Shown piece by piece: positions 1-12,884 of a stretch of 64,000 nt of DNA. The stretch comes from the human T2T-CHM13v2.0 reference genome, Homo sapiens. Both the position numbers and the translations under genes were made by a program. The notes under the pieces are model-generated. The model saw only the letters and a program-made list of their open reading frames with translations. It searched no databases and was not told the origin of the DNA. The DNA is taken from NCBI RefSeq assembly GCF_009914755.1, contig NC_060948.1. The stretch is one strand, 5' to 3'. Numbering within the stretch: the first letter of the stretch is position 1; each line of letters opens with the position of its first letter.

Positions 1-239
1 CACTCAGCTCCCCTCATAAATATGCATAGCTTCTCCACCAAACCTGCTGAATATGCATGACTCTATTGTGTAATATGATCCCTATGAGGCATGAGACCCA
101 ATCTCTTTTCCCTCTTCAGAGAGAGAGCATCTTTTCTTTATGCCAGGGACACTCACTCCCCAGTTTGCAAAGCGATATCACCAATAAAACTCTCCTTTCT
201 ATTACACTATTTGCGCATCCTGGTGGTCTTTTCATGACA
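1..239 (+). mobile_element. 3' part of an ERV1-class LTR, cut by the window edge
   Basis: AATAAA at 183-188 followed by a U5-like tail ending ...TGACA; subfamily not determined. Confidence 0.5.
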
Positions 240-369
240 GCTCTAAACTTTGCTTAAGGCTCTTGTGGGAGAGCAGGATAGGTCACCCCAAAAGATATCA
301 CTTTGGGATAAGCATTATTTTGAGCCAAAGAAAATTGAGAAGCAAGAGCTGCTAAAAGAAAACAGCTGT

Positions 370-1105
370 TATACAGATTAATTCATCACCCAGGCATTAA
401 GTTCAGAACCTGTGAAAGGACAATATATCTTGGGGCCTCCAAGTCACTAAGCTAAAGAGAAAAGTCCAGCTGGGAACTGCTTAGGGCCTCTGCCTCCCAT
501 TCTAGTCAAAGTCACCCCTCTGCTCCCTGAGAGACGCGTATCTGATCGCCTCCTTTGGAAAGGCTCATCAGAAACTCAAAACAATGCAACTGTTTGTGTC
601 TCACCTATCTGTGCCCTGGAATCCCCCTCCCTGCTTCCAGGCTTCCTGCCTTTGCTTCAAGTTGTTCCACCTTTCTAGATCGAATCAATGTGCTTCTTAC
701 ATATATTGATTGATGTCTCATGTCTCCCTGAATGTATAAAACGGAGCTGTGCCCCAACCACCTTGGGCACATGTCGTCAGGACTTCCTGAGGCTGTGTCA
801 CGGCACATCCTCAACCTTGGCAAAAGAAACTGTCTAAGTTAACTGAGACCTGTCTCAGACTTTCTGGGTTCACATACCCATTAGTTATTTTTCCTGATCC
901 TCTCCCTCCTCCCACGCTCCACCTTCTGAAAGGCCCCAATGTGTGTTGTTCCCCTCTTTGTGTCCATGTGTTCTCATCATTCAGCTCCTATGTATAAGTG
1001 AGAACATGCGGTATTTGGTTTTCTGGTCCTGTGCTAGTTTGCTAAGGATAATGGCCTCCAGCTCCATCTGTGTTCCTGCAAAGGACATGATCTCGTTCTT
1101 TTTTA
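370..1105 (-). mobile_element. L1 3'-end fragment split by a MER4A LTR
   Basis: Antisense L1 3'UTR motifs (cccattagttatttttcctgatcctctccctcct; gtgagaacatgcggtatttggttttctg; aaggacatgatctcgttctttttt) on both sides of the LTR. Confidence 0.8.
411..874 (+). mobile_element. MER4A-type solo LTR
   Basis: TGTGAAAGGA...TTCACA termini; matches recalled MER4A consensus; flanks AACC/TACC resemble a 4-bp TSD. Confidence 0.8.
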
Positions 1106-1624
1106 ACTCAAACAATAAAAGCAAGTCAGCTAAGGGAGTGGAAAAAAAAAAAAAACTCTCTGCACTCTCCTATTCGCCTGAAAGTAGACTTAGACTGTTA
1201 ATTACCAGAGACACAGGCCTAGAGGAATCTACATAACAAACCTTACTCAATTTGCCTTTATCTTCCATTAGCTTCCCTCCTGTATTTATCTTCCCAAAGT
1301 TTGCAGCTCCTAGGAGCTTAAAAGGCCTTTTTCCTTTGCCTTTTTTCTTCATGACAAATGTATTGTTCTTGGGTGATTTGTTCTATGTGCCCCATGTCCT
1401 AACCACACTTTTGAGTTACTCATCACTGACTTTCACCACAATGGATGTACACTGCAAATCTTAATAAACTCTGCTTTTCTTTGGTTCTTTGGTCAGTTCC
1501 ATTTCCAGGGCAGTAGCTAGAGAACTGAGGAAGACAGAGGAAAAAGTTGTTATTGTTGTTGTTGTTTTTCCTTCTGCTCTACCAGCGCCCTGTCAAAATC
1601 CTTAAACATTTTGGAACAGAGAGC

Positions 1625-2057
1625 TGTTAAAAGAAAACTTCAGACAAGTAAAATTTGGTGGAGTTTAACTGAGCAAAGAAAAGATCTTATTGAATCAGGC
1701 AGCCTTGAGGATCACAGCAGATTCAGAGACACTGCAGGGGTGCCTTGTGGTCAGAATAAATTTATAGACAAAAGAAGTAAAGTGAGGTACAGGAATCAGA
1801 AGTGCGGTATAGAAACAGTGAAATGGATTACAGCTCGGTGTTTGCCTGATTTGAACACAGTATGAACACTCAGCAGTCTGTGAGTGGTTGAAGTATGTCC
1901 CCTGGGATTGGCCAACACTCAGCTATTGTTACAGATGCATATTATTAGTTAGGTTTTCAATTTTGGCTGCCTATTAAACTAGGATACCCTTCATCCACAA
2001 GGACTCACATATAGAAGTACGGAATCCTTCTTGGGCCATATTTAGTTTGTTTTAACA
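1625..2057 (-). mobile_element. MER57-like solo LTR (ERV1)
   Basis: TGTTAAAA...TTTTAACA inverted termini; sequence resembles antisense MER57. Confidence 0.65.
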
Positions 2058-2371
2058 GAAGTAAGCATTTTATTTTTATTTTTACCTGTTTCCCCAAGAG
2101 CTGAGCATTTTCATTTTGCACTCGGCCTTGCAAACTATACCTGGTTCTATCCACAAAGAAAAGATGCCAAGAACTGAGGTTGCTTAAGTCATTATTACTT
2201 ATATTGATAGCAAGAGTAGATTTCTGAAGGAGTTTGCTCTTAAAAGTGCGTATTTCCTGAGTCTATACTATTGACAGCATTTCTTTGGCAGGGATCTAAA
2301 TTTGGGTCTTGGGATTAAAATTAGGGAATCTGGGTTGCTAATCAAAACTCTGCTTAGAAGAAACAAAAATA

Positions 2372-2670
2372 GGCTGGGCATGGTGGCTTATGTCTGTGAT
2401 TCCAGCACTTTGGAAGGCCAAGGTGGGTAGATGGCTTGAGTCCAGGAATTTGAGACCAACCTGGGCAACATAGTGAGACCTCATCTCTATAAAGTATACA
2501 AAAATTAGGTGGGAGTCGTGGCTTATACCTGTGGTCCCAATTACTTGGGAGGCTGAGGCAGGAGGGCACTTGAGCCTGGGAGGTCGAGGCTGCAGTGAAT
2601 CATGATTGCAGCACTACACTGCAGCCTGGGTGACAGAGCAAGATCCCGTCTCAGAAAAAAAAAAAAAAGA
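2372..2670 (+). mobile_element. Alu followed by a (GAAG)n/(GGAG)n repeat to ~2740
   Basis: Dimeric Alu consensus with poly-A tail. Confidence 0.9.
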
Positions 2671-5212
2671 AGGAAGGAAAGAAGGAAGAAAGGAAGGAAG
2701 GGAAGGAGGGAGGGATGGAGGGAGGAAGGGAGGAAGGGAGTCTTTACTGTTTAAAGAATGAATACAGGCTGCAGATGTGGGTAGATACTTGGCATTTTCC
2801 AAGTGGGAGTTTCACTTGCATGTCATCTAAATGCAATGCAAAATCAAACAAGGCATACTTAAAGAGGCAGGATTTTTCTGATTCAGAATCCAAGTTTTCT
2901 ATTCTGCAGAATCTGTGTGTCATCCTGAAATCCGTTGCTGGAAAATGTTCATTGCTCAATTATCATCACCAAGAGGTGGCCGGGCAACAAACCATCATCC
3001 CATAACATGACCCCAAGGTATCCACCGCACAAACTGTGCTTCCACTTCCATGCAATGTGTACTTCCTGTATCTCCCGCCTGTTTTTTACAAGAGTACCAA
3101 GGAAATCTGCTGTAGTCAGAGGAGGGCTTCTGAGGCCATTTGCAGATCTGAGTAAGGAAAATCATACAACCCTGATCCTAGGAGTCTTTACCATTTGTGC
3201 GTCCATCCAATTTGGGATTTGCTTTTAAATCCCTGTACCACCCAAATCAAATATCATAAAATATTTGGATTTGAAAAAATCATTCCAAGTAGGCTGCTAA
3301 ATACACTGCTTCCTTAACTAAATTATAGCCAAGATCTGAGGTATGGTTGCTGCTTTCAGCCAAGCCTTTTGAGATTATTTATTGTTGGCCCATCTCAATT
3401 CTAATTCACATTGCTTTTCTCATCCTCTGAACAAGGTCTTGAGACAAAAGAAACTATGTATCATTTCTCCAACTTTAGACCAGTGCCTGGATTATTCTAG
3501 GTTCTCCATTTATGCTCAGCCTCTGATGGATGAATGAGTGGCACAGATCACACATACTAGTTGTAATTAAAATATTTGTGCTTAGAAAAATCCAGATAAT
3601 AAATGATTCACTTTGATATTTCTGTCTCTCTCTCTCCCCTGCTACCCTTCTGTCTGTCTTTCTTTCTCTAATTTTTGCTTTATGTTATTCCTGTCTAAAA
3701 CTTTAATCAATGCATTCCATTCCTTCAAAGCTATTAAGGATTTGAGGAGCTTATGTAAAATACTGACAACCTCAGATGGATAAAGTAGGTGGAGGTGAAT
3801 TCTGGATACAATCAAACAATATAGGTTGAAAAATATATCTTTCCTTTTCAAATACCTCTTCTGAGAATAAAGTTAAAATGTATGCTATCTTTACAAAAAT
3901 GAAATAAATGTACACATTTATCATATTAGGAATTTGGAGCTAGCTGTGCAGGCAGCTATATTAGCATGCCACCTAGTGTTTAAATTCATGTAATGATTAA
4001 AAACACGCCGTGCTCAATCAGGCTTGCATTCCTTGATGCTAAGGAAAGAATATAAATTATTTGAAGGATAATTCAGAATGAGGAAATAATAGACATCCCT
4101 TAAGTAACTATATTTGCAGACTGAATTGTATAATTTATCTTTCTATTTAGGGAAAAAGGTTAATTAAGGGCTTAAGGGGCATATGGAAAATATTGACCAC
4201 CTCGGATAGACAAGGCAGGTGAAGGTATTTTCTCGATGCAATGGGTCATGATAGGTTACTTAAGCATTGAGTTTGGAGTGTTTAGACCAATGGCAAAGGT
4301 TTGTATCATTTTGATAGATGACATTCTTTCAATTTTAATCTTAAGGTATTTTCAAAATAACCACTAGAAAAGGAAATATAATACTTATTAAGAGCTACCT
4401 ATGGGCCTATGGGCTATGTGCAAAGTCTTTTACAGATATTATCTCCATGAATCTTTGTAAGTCTGGTAATATACTTTTCAGTTGCATTTCACAGAGGGAA
4501 CAATTGAAGTACAGATACATTAGGGAATATGTCCAAAGATATTTAGCTGGCAAGAAGAACAATTACCATTCACCCCATTGTGTCAAACCCTAGAGAACAT
4601 TCTTTCCACCTCTGAACACCACTGTGTGGAAAAGAACGTGTTCCCTTGGTTATACATAGCTTGCTTTTATCTACTACCTTCTCCTTGCCATGTGGTTAAA
4701 GAAAATGGAAGGACCGGAGCCAGGGAGGGAGAAGGATCTTGCATTTGGGGTTGACAACCTTGGGGCCAGACGTCATGGTCCTGCTCCCTTTACAGTGTGG
4801 ACTCACCAAAGCCTCTTCATGTCTCCACACTCTGTGTTCTTCATCTGCAAATATAAGAGCATTTGAGAAAATGATTTCAGAAGTTATTTCTCAGGCTAAA
4901 ATCCTAAGATTCTGTTCTAGGGTTTTCTAAATTCAAAATGAACATCCTCCTAACAGTGATGAGAAAATGAATGCTTTAGAGATCTTAGAACAGACTGGCA
5001 GAGAAATTGCTCAGCCTTTGTAAGGAATTCTTTTGTAGACAAATAAGGTCTGATATGGTGGCCCCAAATCACTTAGGAAAAAGATATCCTTGTTTAATAG
5101 TTAATATTAAGACAGTTATTTCTATTTCACTTGACACTTTCATATTACTCCTTAGTGAAGACAGCACAATAATACAGTCCATTGAAATAAATCAAACACA
5201 CATAATTTTCTA

Positions 5213-5635
5213 ATTTTTTTATTTCCATAGGTTTTGGGGGAACAGGTGGTGTTGGGTTACATAAGTAAGTTCTTCAGTGGTGATTTGTGAGATTTTGGTG
5301 CATCCATCACTGAGCAGTATACAATGCACTCAATTTGTAGTGTTTTATCCCTCACCCCCTTCCTACCCTTTCCCCCAGAGTCCCCAGAGTCCTGGCCTTT
5401 GCATCCTTATAGCTTAGCTCCCATTTATGAGTGAGAACATACAATGTTTGGTTTTCCATTTCTGAGTGACTTCACTTAGTCTCCAAACTGATCCACGTTG
5501 CTGTGAATGCCATTAATTCATTCCTTTTCATGGCTGATTAGTATTTCTTTGTACAAATATATACCACAGTTTCTTTATCCACCCATTGATTGGTGGGCAT
5601 TTAGGCTGGTTCCACATTTTTGCAATTGCAAATTG
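5213..5635 (-). mobile_element. L1 3'-end fragment (older L1PA/L1PB-like)
   Basis: Antisense L1 3'UTR motifs (gagtgagaacatacaatgtttggttttcc; aggctggttccacatttttgcaattg). Confidence 0.8.
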
Positions 5636-5685
5636 ATGAACACACCTGATTATGTTACTCCTGGTTTACACCTTTGAAAGACACT

Positions 5686-6425
5686 GATGGAGGGCAGGTG
5701 AGTTTCAAAGTGGGGCTTAGCCCACAGGGGTTCCTGGCTTAGCCCAGGAAAGAATTCAAGGGCAAACCAGAGGTAGAAGAAAACTGCTTTATTGAAGCAA
5801 CAGTGTTATGCTTTGTGACTGTTCCTGCAGAAAAGGGTTACCCCCTAGGAAGAGAGTAGCAGCTCAGGGCAGTTTTGCAGTCCTATTTATACCCATTTTT
5901 TTTTTTTTTTTCCTTGTTTGAGACAGTGTCTCACCCTGTCACCCAGGGAGTGCAAGTGGCATGATCTCACTGCAAACTCCGCCTCCCATGTTGGAACGAT
6001 TCTCCTGCCTAAGTCTCCAGAGTAGCTAAGATTACAAGCATGCACCACCACACCCGGCCAAATTTTTGTATTTTTAGTAAAGACAGAGTTTCACCATGTT
6101 GGTCAGGCTGGTCTCAATCTCCTGACCTCAAACGATCTGCCCACCTTGGCCTCCCAAAGTGTATACCCATTTTTAATTGCATGCAGATTAAGGGGTAGGT
6201 TATGCAGAAATATCTAGGGAAAGGGTCGTAATCATTGAGTTATTGGGTCATTGCCACGGAAATGGGTGGTAACTCCCAGGTGTTGCCATGGCATTGGTAA
6301 ATAGACATGGCACACTGGTGGGCATGTCTGACTGAAAGCTGCTTCAGTCTGCCCTGTTTTAGCTAGTCCTCAATCTGGTCTGGCGTCCAACCCCACCTCT
6401 GGAGTCAAGTCCCGCCTCCTACTTC
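5686..6425 (-). mobile_element. ERV1 solo LTR interrupted by a 5'-truncated Alu (5897-6160, -)
   Basis: TG...CA ends; antisense polyA signal (tttatt, ~5788); Alu flanked by TSD TATACCCATTTTT. Confidence 0.7.
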
Positions 6426-6564
6426 AACACCATAGGGTTGATGTACATGGAGTTTTGGGGTTGGCATGGCTAGGGCGCTAGTCCCAGCCCAGTAACACCT
6501 AAGCTGTGTTCTTCTGAGCAAGTTACAGAGCATTTCAAGTCCCAGGTCCTCTTCTTGGTATTTT

Positions 6565-6990
6565 GGGGTGCAGTGGGTTAAATTGTGACCTCCTCAAATG
6601 TTACATTAAAGTTCTAAACCCTGGTACCAAATAAATGAGACTTTATTTGGAACTGGGGTCTTTAAAGATGCCATCAAGAGAAAATGAGGTCATACTAGAT
6701 GAAGGTGGGTTCTAAATTCTATATGACTATAATCTCTCTCTATAAGGAGAGAGAGATTTAAAGACACAGAGCGTAGACATTCATGTAATGACAAAGGCAG
6801 AGATTGGAGTGATATGTCCACAAGCCAAGGAATTTCAAGGATTGGCAAGGACGGATTCTACCCAGGGCCTCGGAGGAAGCACCTTGATTTTTGAACTTCT
6901 AGCCTCCAGAATTGTAGAAGAATGAATGTCTGTTTTCTTAAACCACCAAGTTTATGGTGATTTTTATGGCAGCTCTGGGCAATCTCACAC
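6565..6990 (+). mobile_element. MLT1 (MaLR) LTR
   Basis: MLT1 motifs ggcagagattggagtgat...caagccaaggaa and cttctagcctccagaattgt...ttctt aaaccaccaagtttatgg. Confidence 0.75.
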
Positions 6991-7220
6991 AAGTGTTTAT
7001 ACCTAAATCATGAGGCTGAATTAAGAAGGAAATAAGAGACTTCATCAAAGCTCTGGCACATTCTGGGGGGATCAAAGCAGTGCTGCTCCGAGGTTGTTGA
7101 TGACTACTTCTCTTTGCTTTGTAGAACTTGGCTGCTCAGGAGAGGCAATGGCTTATCAGCTGTTGCTGAAATTTCCAGACTGCCAGGAGACCAATTGCTA
7201 TGTCACTCAGTGCCAGTATG

Positions 7221-7680
7221 TGTGAAAGGAAAATATCCTGGGCCCCCAGAATGACTCAGGAAAACTCAAGCTGGAAACTGCTAAGGGCAAACCTGCTTCC
7301 AATTGTATTCAAAGTCACCCCTCTGCTCACTGAGATAGATGGATAATTGATCGCCTCTTTTGGAAAGGCTAAGCAGAAAGTCAAAAGAATGCAACTGTTT
7401 GTGTCTCACCATCTGTGACCTCAAAGCCCCCTCCCACCTCAAGACTTCCAGCCTTGCTTCAATTGGTCCCGCCTTTCCAAAGCGAACCAATGTATGTCTT
7501 ACATATGTTGATTGATGTCTCATGTCTCCCTAAAATGTATAAAATCAAGCTGTGCCAGGACCACCTTAGGCACATGTCATCAGGGTCCCATGAGGCTGTG
7601 TCATGCATGGGCGTGTCCTCAACCTTGACAAAATAATCTTTCTAAGTTAACTGAGACCTCTCAGATTTTCTGGGTTCAGA
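7221..7680 (+). mobile_element. MER4A-type solo LTR (second copy)
   Basis: Colinear with 411-874 throughout. Confidence 0.8.
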
Positions 7681-7931
7681 CAAATTTTGCTGAATTATTG
7701 CAACAGTCCTGATTCAGTTTCTATCTATTGTTGACAAACATAAACCCTTTTGGTTGGCTACTGGCCATGTTCAGACTTGTTGCTCTTAATACACTGTTTA
7801 AATGTCTGGTATGTTGCATCCTGATGACACAGGGCCTTATATTTAGAGCAAAGCAACTGAGCAGATGGCACAAGTGTCTGTAGGTGCTTGTTTTCTGGCA
7901 CAGGAAGATATGCTTAGAAAATGGAAATTAG

Positions 7932-8647
7932 GGTTGGTGCAGTGGCTTATGCCTGTAATTCCAGCACTTTGGGAGGCTGAGGCAGGAGGATCACTAGGGG
8001 AATGGAGTTTGAGATTGACCTGGGCAACATAGGAAGACTCATTCCCTACAAAATAATATGAGCTGGGTGTCGTGGTACGTGTCTACAGTGCCACCTACTA
8101 TGGAGGCTGAACTGGGAGGATTGCTGTGGGGTCCAAGAGTTCAAGGCTGCAGTAGCTCTGATTGCACCAGGGTACTCAGCTGCCAACATGAATGACACAG
8201 CAACTATCTACATAGGAAAGTCATGAGGTACCGACTTCTTCAGAGGCAACAAATGGTCATTAATGTTCTTCACGCCAGGAAGGCAACAGTACTTAAGACA
8301 GAAATCCAGAAAAATGCTAGCCAAAGAATGTCCTGGTTTTTTTTTTTTCTTTTTTCTTTTTTTTTGAAATGGAGTCTTGCTCTGTTGCCCAGGCTGGAGT
8401 GCAGTGGTGCAAACCTGGCTCACTACAACACCCACCTCCCAGGTTCAAGGGTTTTCCTGCCTCAGCCTCCCAAGTATCTGGGACTACAGGTATGTGTCAC
8501 CACCTCTGGCTAATTTTTGTATTTTTAGTACAGACAGGGTTTCATGATGTTGGCCAGGCTGGTTTTGAACTCCTGACCTCAAGTGATCCACCCACCTTGG
8601 ACTCCCAAAGTGCTGGGATTACAAGAGTGAGCCCCCATGCCTAGCCA
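7932..8647. mobile_element. Two Alus (7932-8170 +, 8337-8647 -)
   Basis: Alu consensus motifs. Confidence 0.85.
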
Positions 8648-9414
8648 GGATGTCCTGTTTGTATTCATATTCAGAACTCATTTTGGTGGTGGTTAAGACA
8701 ACTGGTTTTGGCACAATTTACAAATCTTTGCATTATGCAAAGAAAAATGAACCCCAACATAGACTTTCAAGAATCACCACATGTGAGAAGAAAAAGATCC
8801 CAGGGAAACAGCAAGTGGAATGAAAGAACAGAACAAAGAAAGTCAGGAAGACTGCAAAGGCCACTGTTGGTTCTGGCAATAGAAGAGGTGGAGACTGGGT
8901 GAAAAACAGACTAAGAGAAGAGAGACAGACCCTCTCATATTGCTTTATATTGTTTTATACTCAGAAAAGGAAAGAAAAGTGAAACAAAAGGCAGGTAGCC
9001 CGGCGCCTAGGAACCAGACCTGAAACCAAAGAACCAGACCTGAAACCAGGCCTGGGCCTGCCTGACCTAAGCCTGGTGGTTAAAATTCCACCCCTGACCT
9101 AGCAACTGATGTTATCTATAGATTCCAGACATTGTATGGAAGGACATTGTGAAACCTCCCATTCTATTCTGTTTCACTCTGACCACTGGTGCTTGCAGTC
9201 CCTGTCACGTTACCCCTGCCTTGCTCAATCAATCACAGCCCTCTCACACAGACCCCCTTGGAGTTGTGAGCCCTTAAAAGGGAAAGAAGGTGGGCACCTG
9301 AAAGCTCAGATTTTAAGATGTTAGTCTGCCAATGCTTCCAGCTGATTAAAGCCACTTCCTTCACTATCTTGGTGTCTGTGGGGTTTTGTTCACAGCTTGT
9401 CCTGCTACATTTCT

Positions 9415-9432
9415 TGGTTCCCTGACCTGGAA
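9415..9432 (+). promoter_or_regulatory. Primer-binding site, tRNA-Glu
   Basis: TGGTTCCCTGACCTGGAA is a 17/18 match to the complement of the tRNA-Glu 3' end, just after the 5' LTR. Confidence 0.9.
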
Positions 9433-9934
9433 GTGAGGTGACTGATGGACGGCCGAGGCAGCCCCTTAGGTGGCTTAGGCTTACCCTGTGGAGCATCCCT
9501 GTGGGGGACTCCAGCCAGCCTGAGTTACGCGATGCAAAGAACACTCATGGGTAGGCAATTGCCCCGGTGGAACGCCTCACCAAAGCAGCACATAACGGGC
9601 CCCCACGGAGGATTAACACAGTGGCTGAACACCAGGAAGGAACTGGCACTTGGAGTCCAGACATCTGAAACTTGGTAAGACTAGTCTTTGAAATTTGCCC
9701 ACTCCATTTGAGTGGAAGCATGGCCTGATCACCCACGGTGTGCCTGTATTGGCACTTTTGTTCCGGTTTTGACTTTACTTGAATTGCTTGATACTTTGAT
9801 TTTGATTTTGACTTGGCCTGATACTCTGATTTTAGTTTGGTATAAATCTTAAAGGTGTGTGTGTGCCCTCTTTACCCATTCTTTGTTTTGTGGTGAGTGT
9901 GTGGTGTGGGCATGGTATTTTGTCTTGAGAAAAC

Positions 9935-10340
9935 ATGGGCCAGCCTCAAAGTAAGCCAATCCCATTGGGAACTATGTTAAAGAATTTCAAGAAAGGATTC
10001 AAAGGAGACTATGGAGTCATTATGACTCCAGGAAAACTTAGAACTTTGTGTGAAATAGATTGGCCAGAATTACAGGTGGGTTGGCCATCAGAAGGAAGCT
10101 TGGACAGGTGTCTTGTCTCAAAGGTATGGCAAAAAGTAACTTGTAAGGCAGGACACCCAGATCAGTTCTCATATATAGATTCCTGGTTACAGCTAGTTTT
10201 AGACCCCCCACAGTGGTTAAGAGGACAGGCAGCAGCATTACTAGTAGCAAAGGGACAGTTAGTTAAAGAAGGTTCTTGCTCCACCCGCAGAGGGAAGCCA
10301 ACACCTAAAGTTCTATCTGATACAGTGCCTGAAGATTCAT
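9935..10340 (+). pseudogene. HERV-E gag, matrix domain only
   Basis: MGQPQSKPIPLGTMLKNFKKGFKGDYG...LCEIDWP...GWPSEGSLD, with myristoylation-type MG start. Confidence 0.88.
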
Positions 10341-10344
10341 TCAG

Positions 10345-12781
10345 TCGGTTGTGCAAAAGGGATGGATGCCCTGCACCTGGAGGACTGTGGGCATAAGGTG
10401 TCCAAGAAGAAAGCTCAGACCTGCAGACAGCAGGTACACTACCTGGGATTCACTATTCAGAAAGGGGAGTGCAGCCTGGGGTCAGAAAGAAAGCAGGTCA
10501 TCTGCAGCTTACCAGAACCTGAAACCAGAAGGCAAGTAAGGGAATTTCTAGGAGCTGTGGGGTTTTGCAGATTATGGATTCCAAACTTTGCAGTGCTAGC
10601 CAACCATTGTATGGGATTACAAAGGGGGGTGACTGAGAGCCCTTTGAATGGGAGCCTCTACAACAGCAAGCCTTTTGTAAGTTAAAAGAAAAACTTATGT
10701 CACCCCAGCTCCAGGACTACAAGATTTGACAGAGCCCTTTACACTCTATGTATCAGAAAGAGAAAAAATGGCAGTTGGAGTTTTAACCCAAACTGTGCGG
10801 CCCTGGCCAAGACCAGTGGCCTACCTCTCAAAACAGCTAAATGGAGTTTCAAAAGGCTGGCCTCCATGTCTGAGAGCCCTGGCAGCTAAAGCCCTGTTAG
10901 CACAAGAAGTAGAAAAGCTAATCCTTGGACAAAACTTAAGTATAAAGGCCCTCCATGCAGTGGTAAGTTTAAAGAATATCAAAGGACACAATTGGCTAAC
11001 AAATGCTAGATTAACCAAATACCAGAGCTTGCTATGTGAAAACCCCTACATAACCATTGAAGTCTGTAACACCCTAAATCCTGCCACCTTTCTCCCAGTA
11101 TTGGATAGCCCTGTTGAACATAGCTGTGTGGAGGTGTTGGACTGAGTCCATTCTAGCAGATCCAATCTTTGATACCAGCCATGGGCATCAGTGGACTGGG
11201 AGTTATACATGGACGGGAGCAGCTTCATCAATCCACGAGGAGAAAGATGTTCCGGATATGTGGTGGTAACCTTGAATAATGTTATTGAAGCCAAGCCATC
11301 GCTCAGGGCACTTCAGCCTAGAAAGCAGAACTCATTGCTTAAACTCGGACTCTAGAACTCAGTGAAGGTAAGACTGTAAACATTTATCCTGACTCTCAAC
11401 ATGCCTTTCTAACCATTCAAGTACATGGAGCATTATATAAAGAAAAAGCCCTGTTAAATTCTGGAGGCAGAGACTTAAAATATCAACGAGAAATTCTGCA
11501 ATTATTAGAGGCAGTGTGGAAAGCCCAAAAGGCAGCAGTTATGCACTGCAGGTGACATCAGCGAGCTTCCACCTCAGTAAGCCAGTGAAACTCCCGAGCA
11601 GTCACAGAGGCACGAAAAGCAGCGTCTACTCCTTACCGGGCATCAGTCACAGCCTTCCTGCTCCCTCAAACACCTGATCTTGTGTCTACTTATTCTAAAG
11701 AGGAAAAAGACTTTCTTCAGGCAGAGGGAGGACAAGCAATACAAAAAGGATGGATAAAGTTACTAGATGGGAGAATAGCTGTACCACAGCTGCTAGGAGC
11801 CACAGTCACGCTGGCTGTACATGAAACTACCCATTCAGGCCAAGACTCACTTGAAAAGCTGTTAAGCTGGTATTTCTATATCTCACACTTGCCAGCTCTT
11901 GCTAAGACAGTAGCACAGTGATGGGTTACCTGATGACAGCATAATGCAAAGCAAGGCCCCTCTGTTCCTCCTGGCATAAAAGCCTATAGAGCAGCTCCTT
12001 TTGAAGATCTTCAAGTGGACTTCACAAAGATGCCCAAATGTGGAGGTAACAAGTATTTACTGGTTCTAATGTGTACTTACTCTGGGTGGGTAGAGGCTTA
12101 TCCAACAAGAACTGAAAAAGCTTGTGTAGTAACCTGTGTGCTTCTTTGAGACCTCATCCCTAGGTTTGGACTCCCTCTATGGATCGGCTCAGATAGTAGG
12201 CCGGCATTTGAGGCTGATGTAGTACAGAGACGGCAAAGATATTGGGAATCACTTGGAAGTTACATGCTGCCTACTGACCTCAGAGTTCCGGAAAGGTGGA
12301 GTGAATTAATCAGACTATTAAAAATAGGTTAGGGAAAGTATGTCAAGAGACAGGATTAAAATGGATGCAGTCCCTTCCTATAGTATTGTTTAAAATTAGT
12401 TGCATCTCCTCTATGAAAATAGGATACTCCCCTTATGAAATATTATATCACAGGCCTTCTCCTATACTGTGAGGACTTTCAGGTACTCCGCAAGAGTTGG
12501 GTGAAATTGAATTGCAGCAACAGCTACAGGTCTTGGGGAAAATTACCCAGACAATCTCAACTTGGGTAAATGAGAAGTGCCTGGTCAGCTTATTCTCCCC
12601 AGTTCACGCTTTTTCTCCAGGTCACCATGTGTGGATCAACAACTGGAACATAGCCCCTTTGTGGCCATGGTGGAAAGGACCTCAGACCATTATCTTGACC
12701 ACCCTCACAGCTGTAAAAGTAGAAGGAATTCTGACCTGGATTCACCACAGCTGCCTAAAGCCTGCAGCTGCTGATACCTAG
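10345..12781 (+). pseudogene. HERV-E pol remnant (RT C-terminus, RNase H, integrase) with stops and frameshifts
   Basis: KVSKKKAQ...VHYLG, VREFLGAVGFCRLWIPNFA, RPVAYLSKQL, YMDGSS, LQVDF and WKGP...WIHHSCLK motifs. Confidence 0.88.
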
Positions 12782-12884
12782 GCCAAACCAAGCCTGGACA
12801 ATCCCTGTAAAGTGACCCTGAGGGGGATGACAAGCCCCGCTGCAGTCACATCCGGAAGCTGACTGGTCTACATACGGCCAAAGC

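Noticed and set aside
411-7680. Two MER4A LTRs as ends of one provirus
   Set aside because: No PBS, PPT or internal ERV sequence between them; the first has its own TSD-like flanks inside an L1
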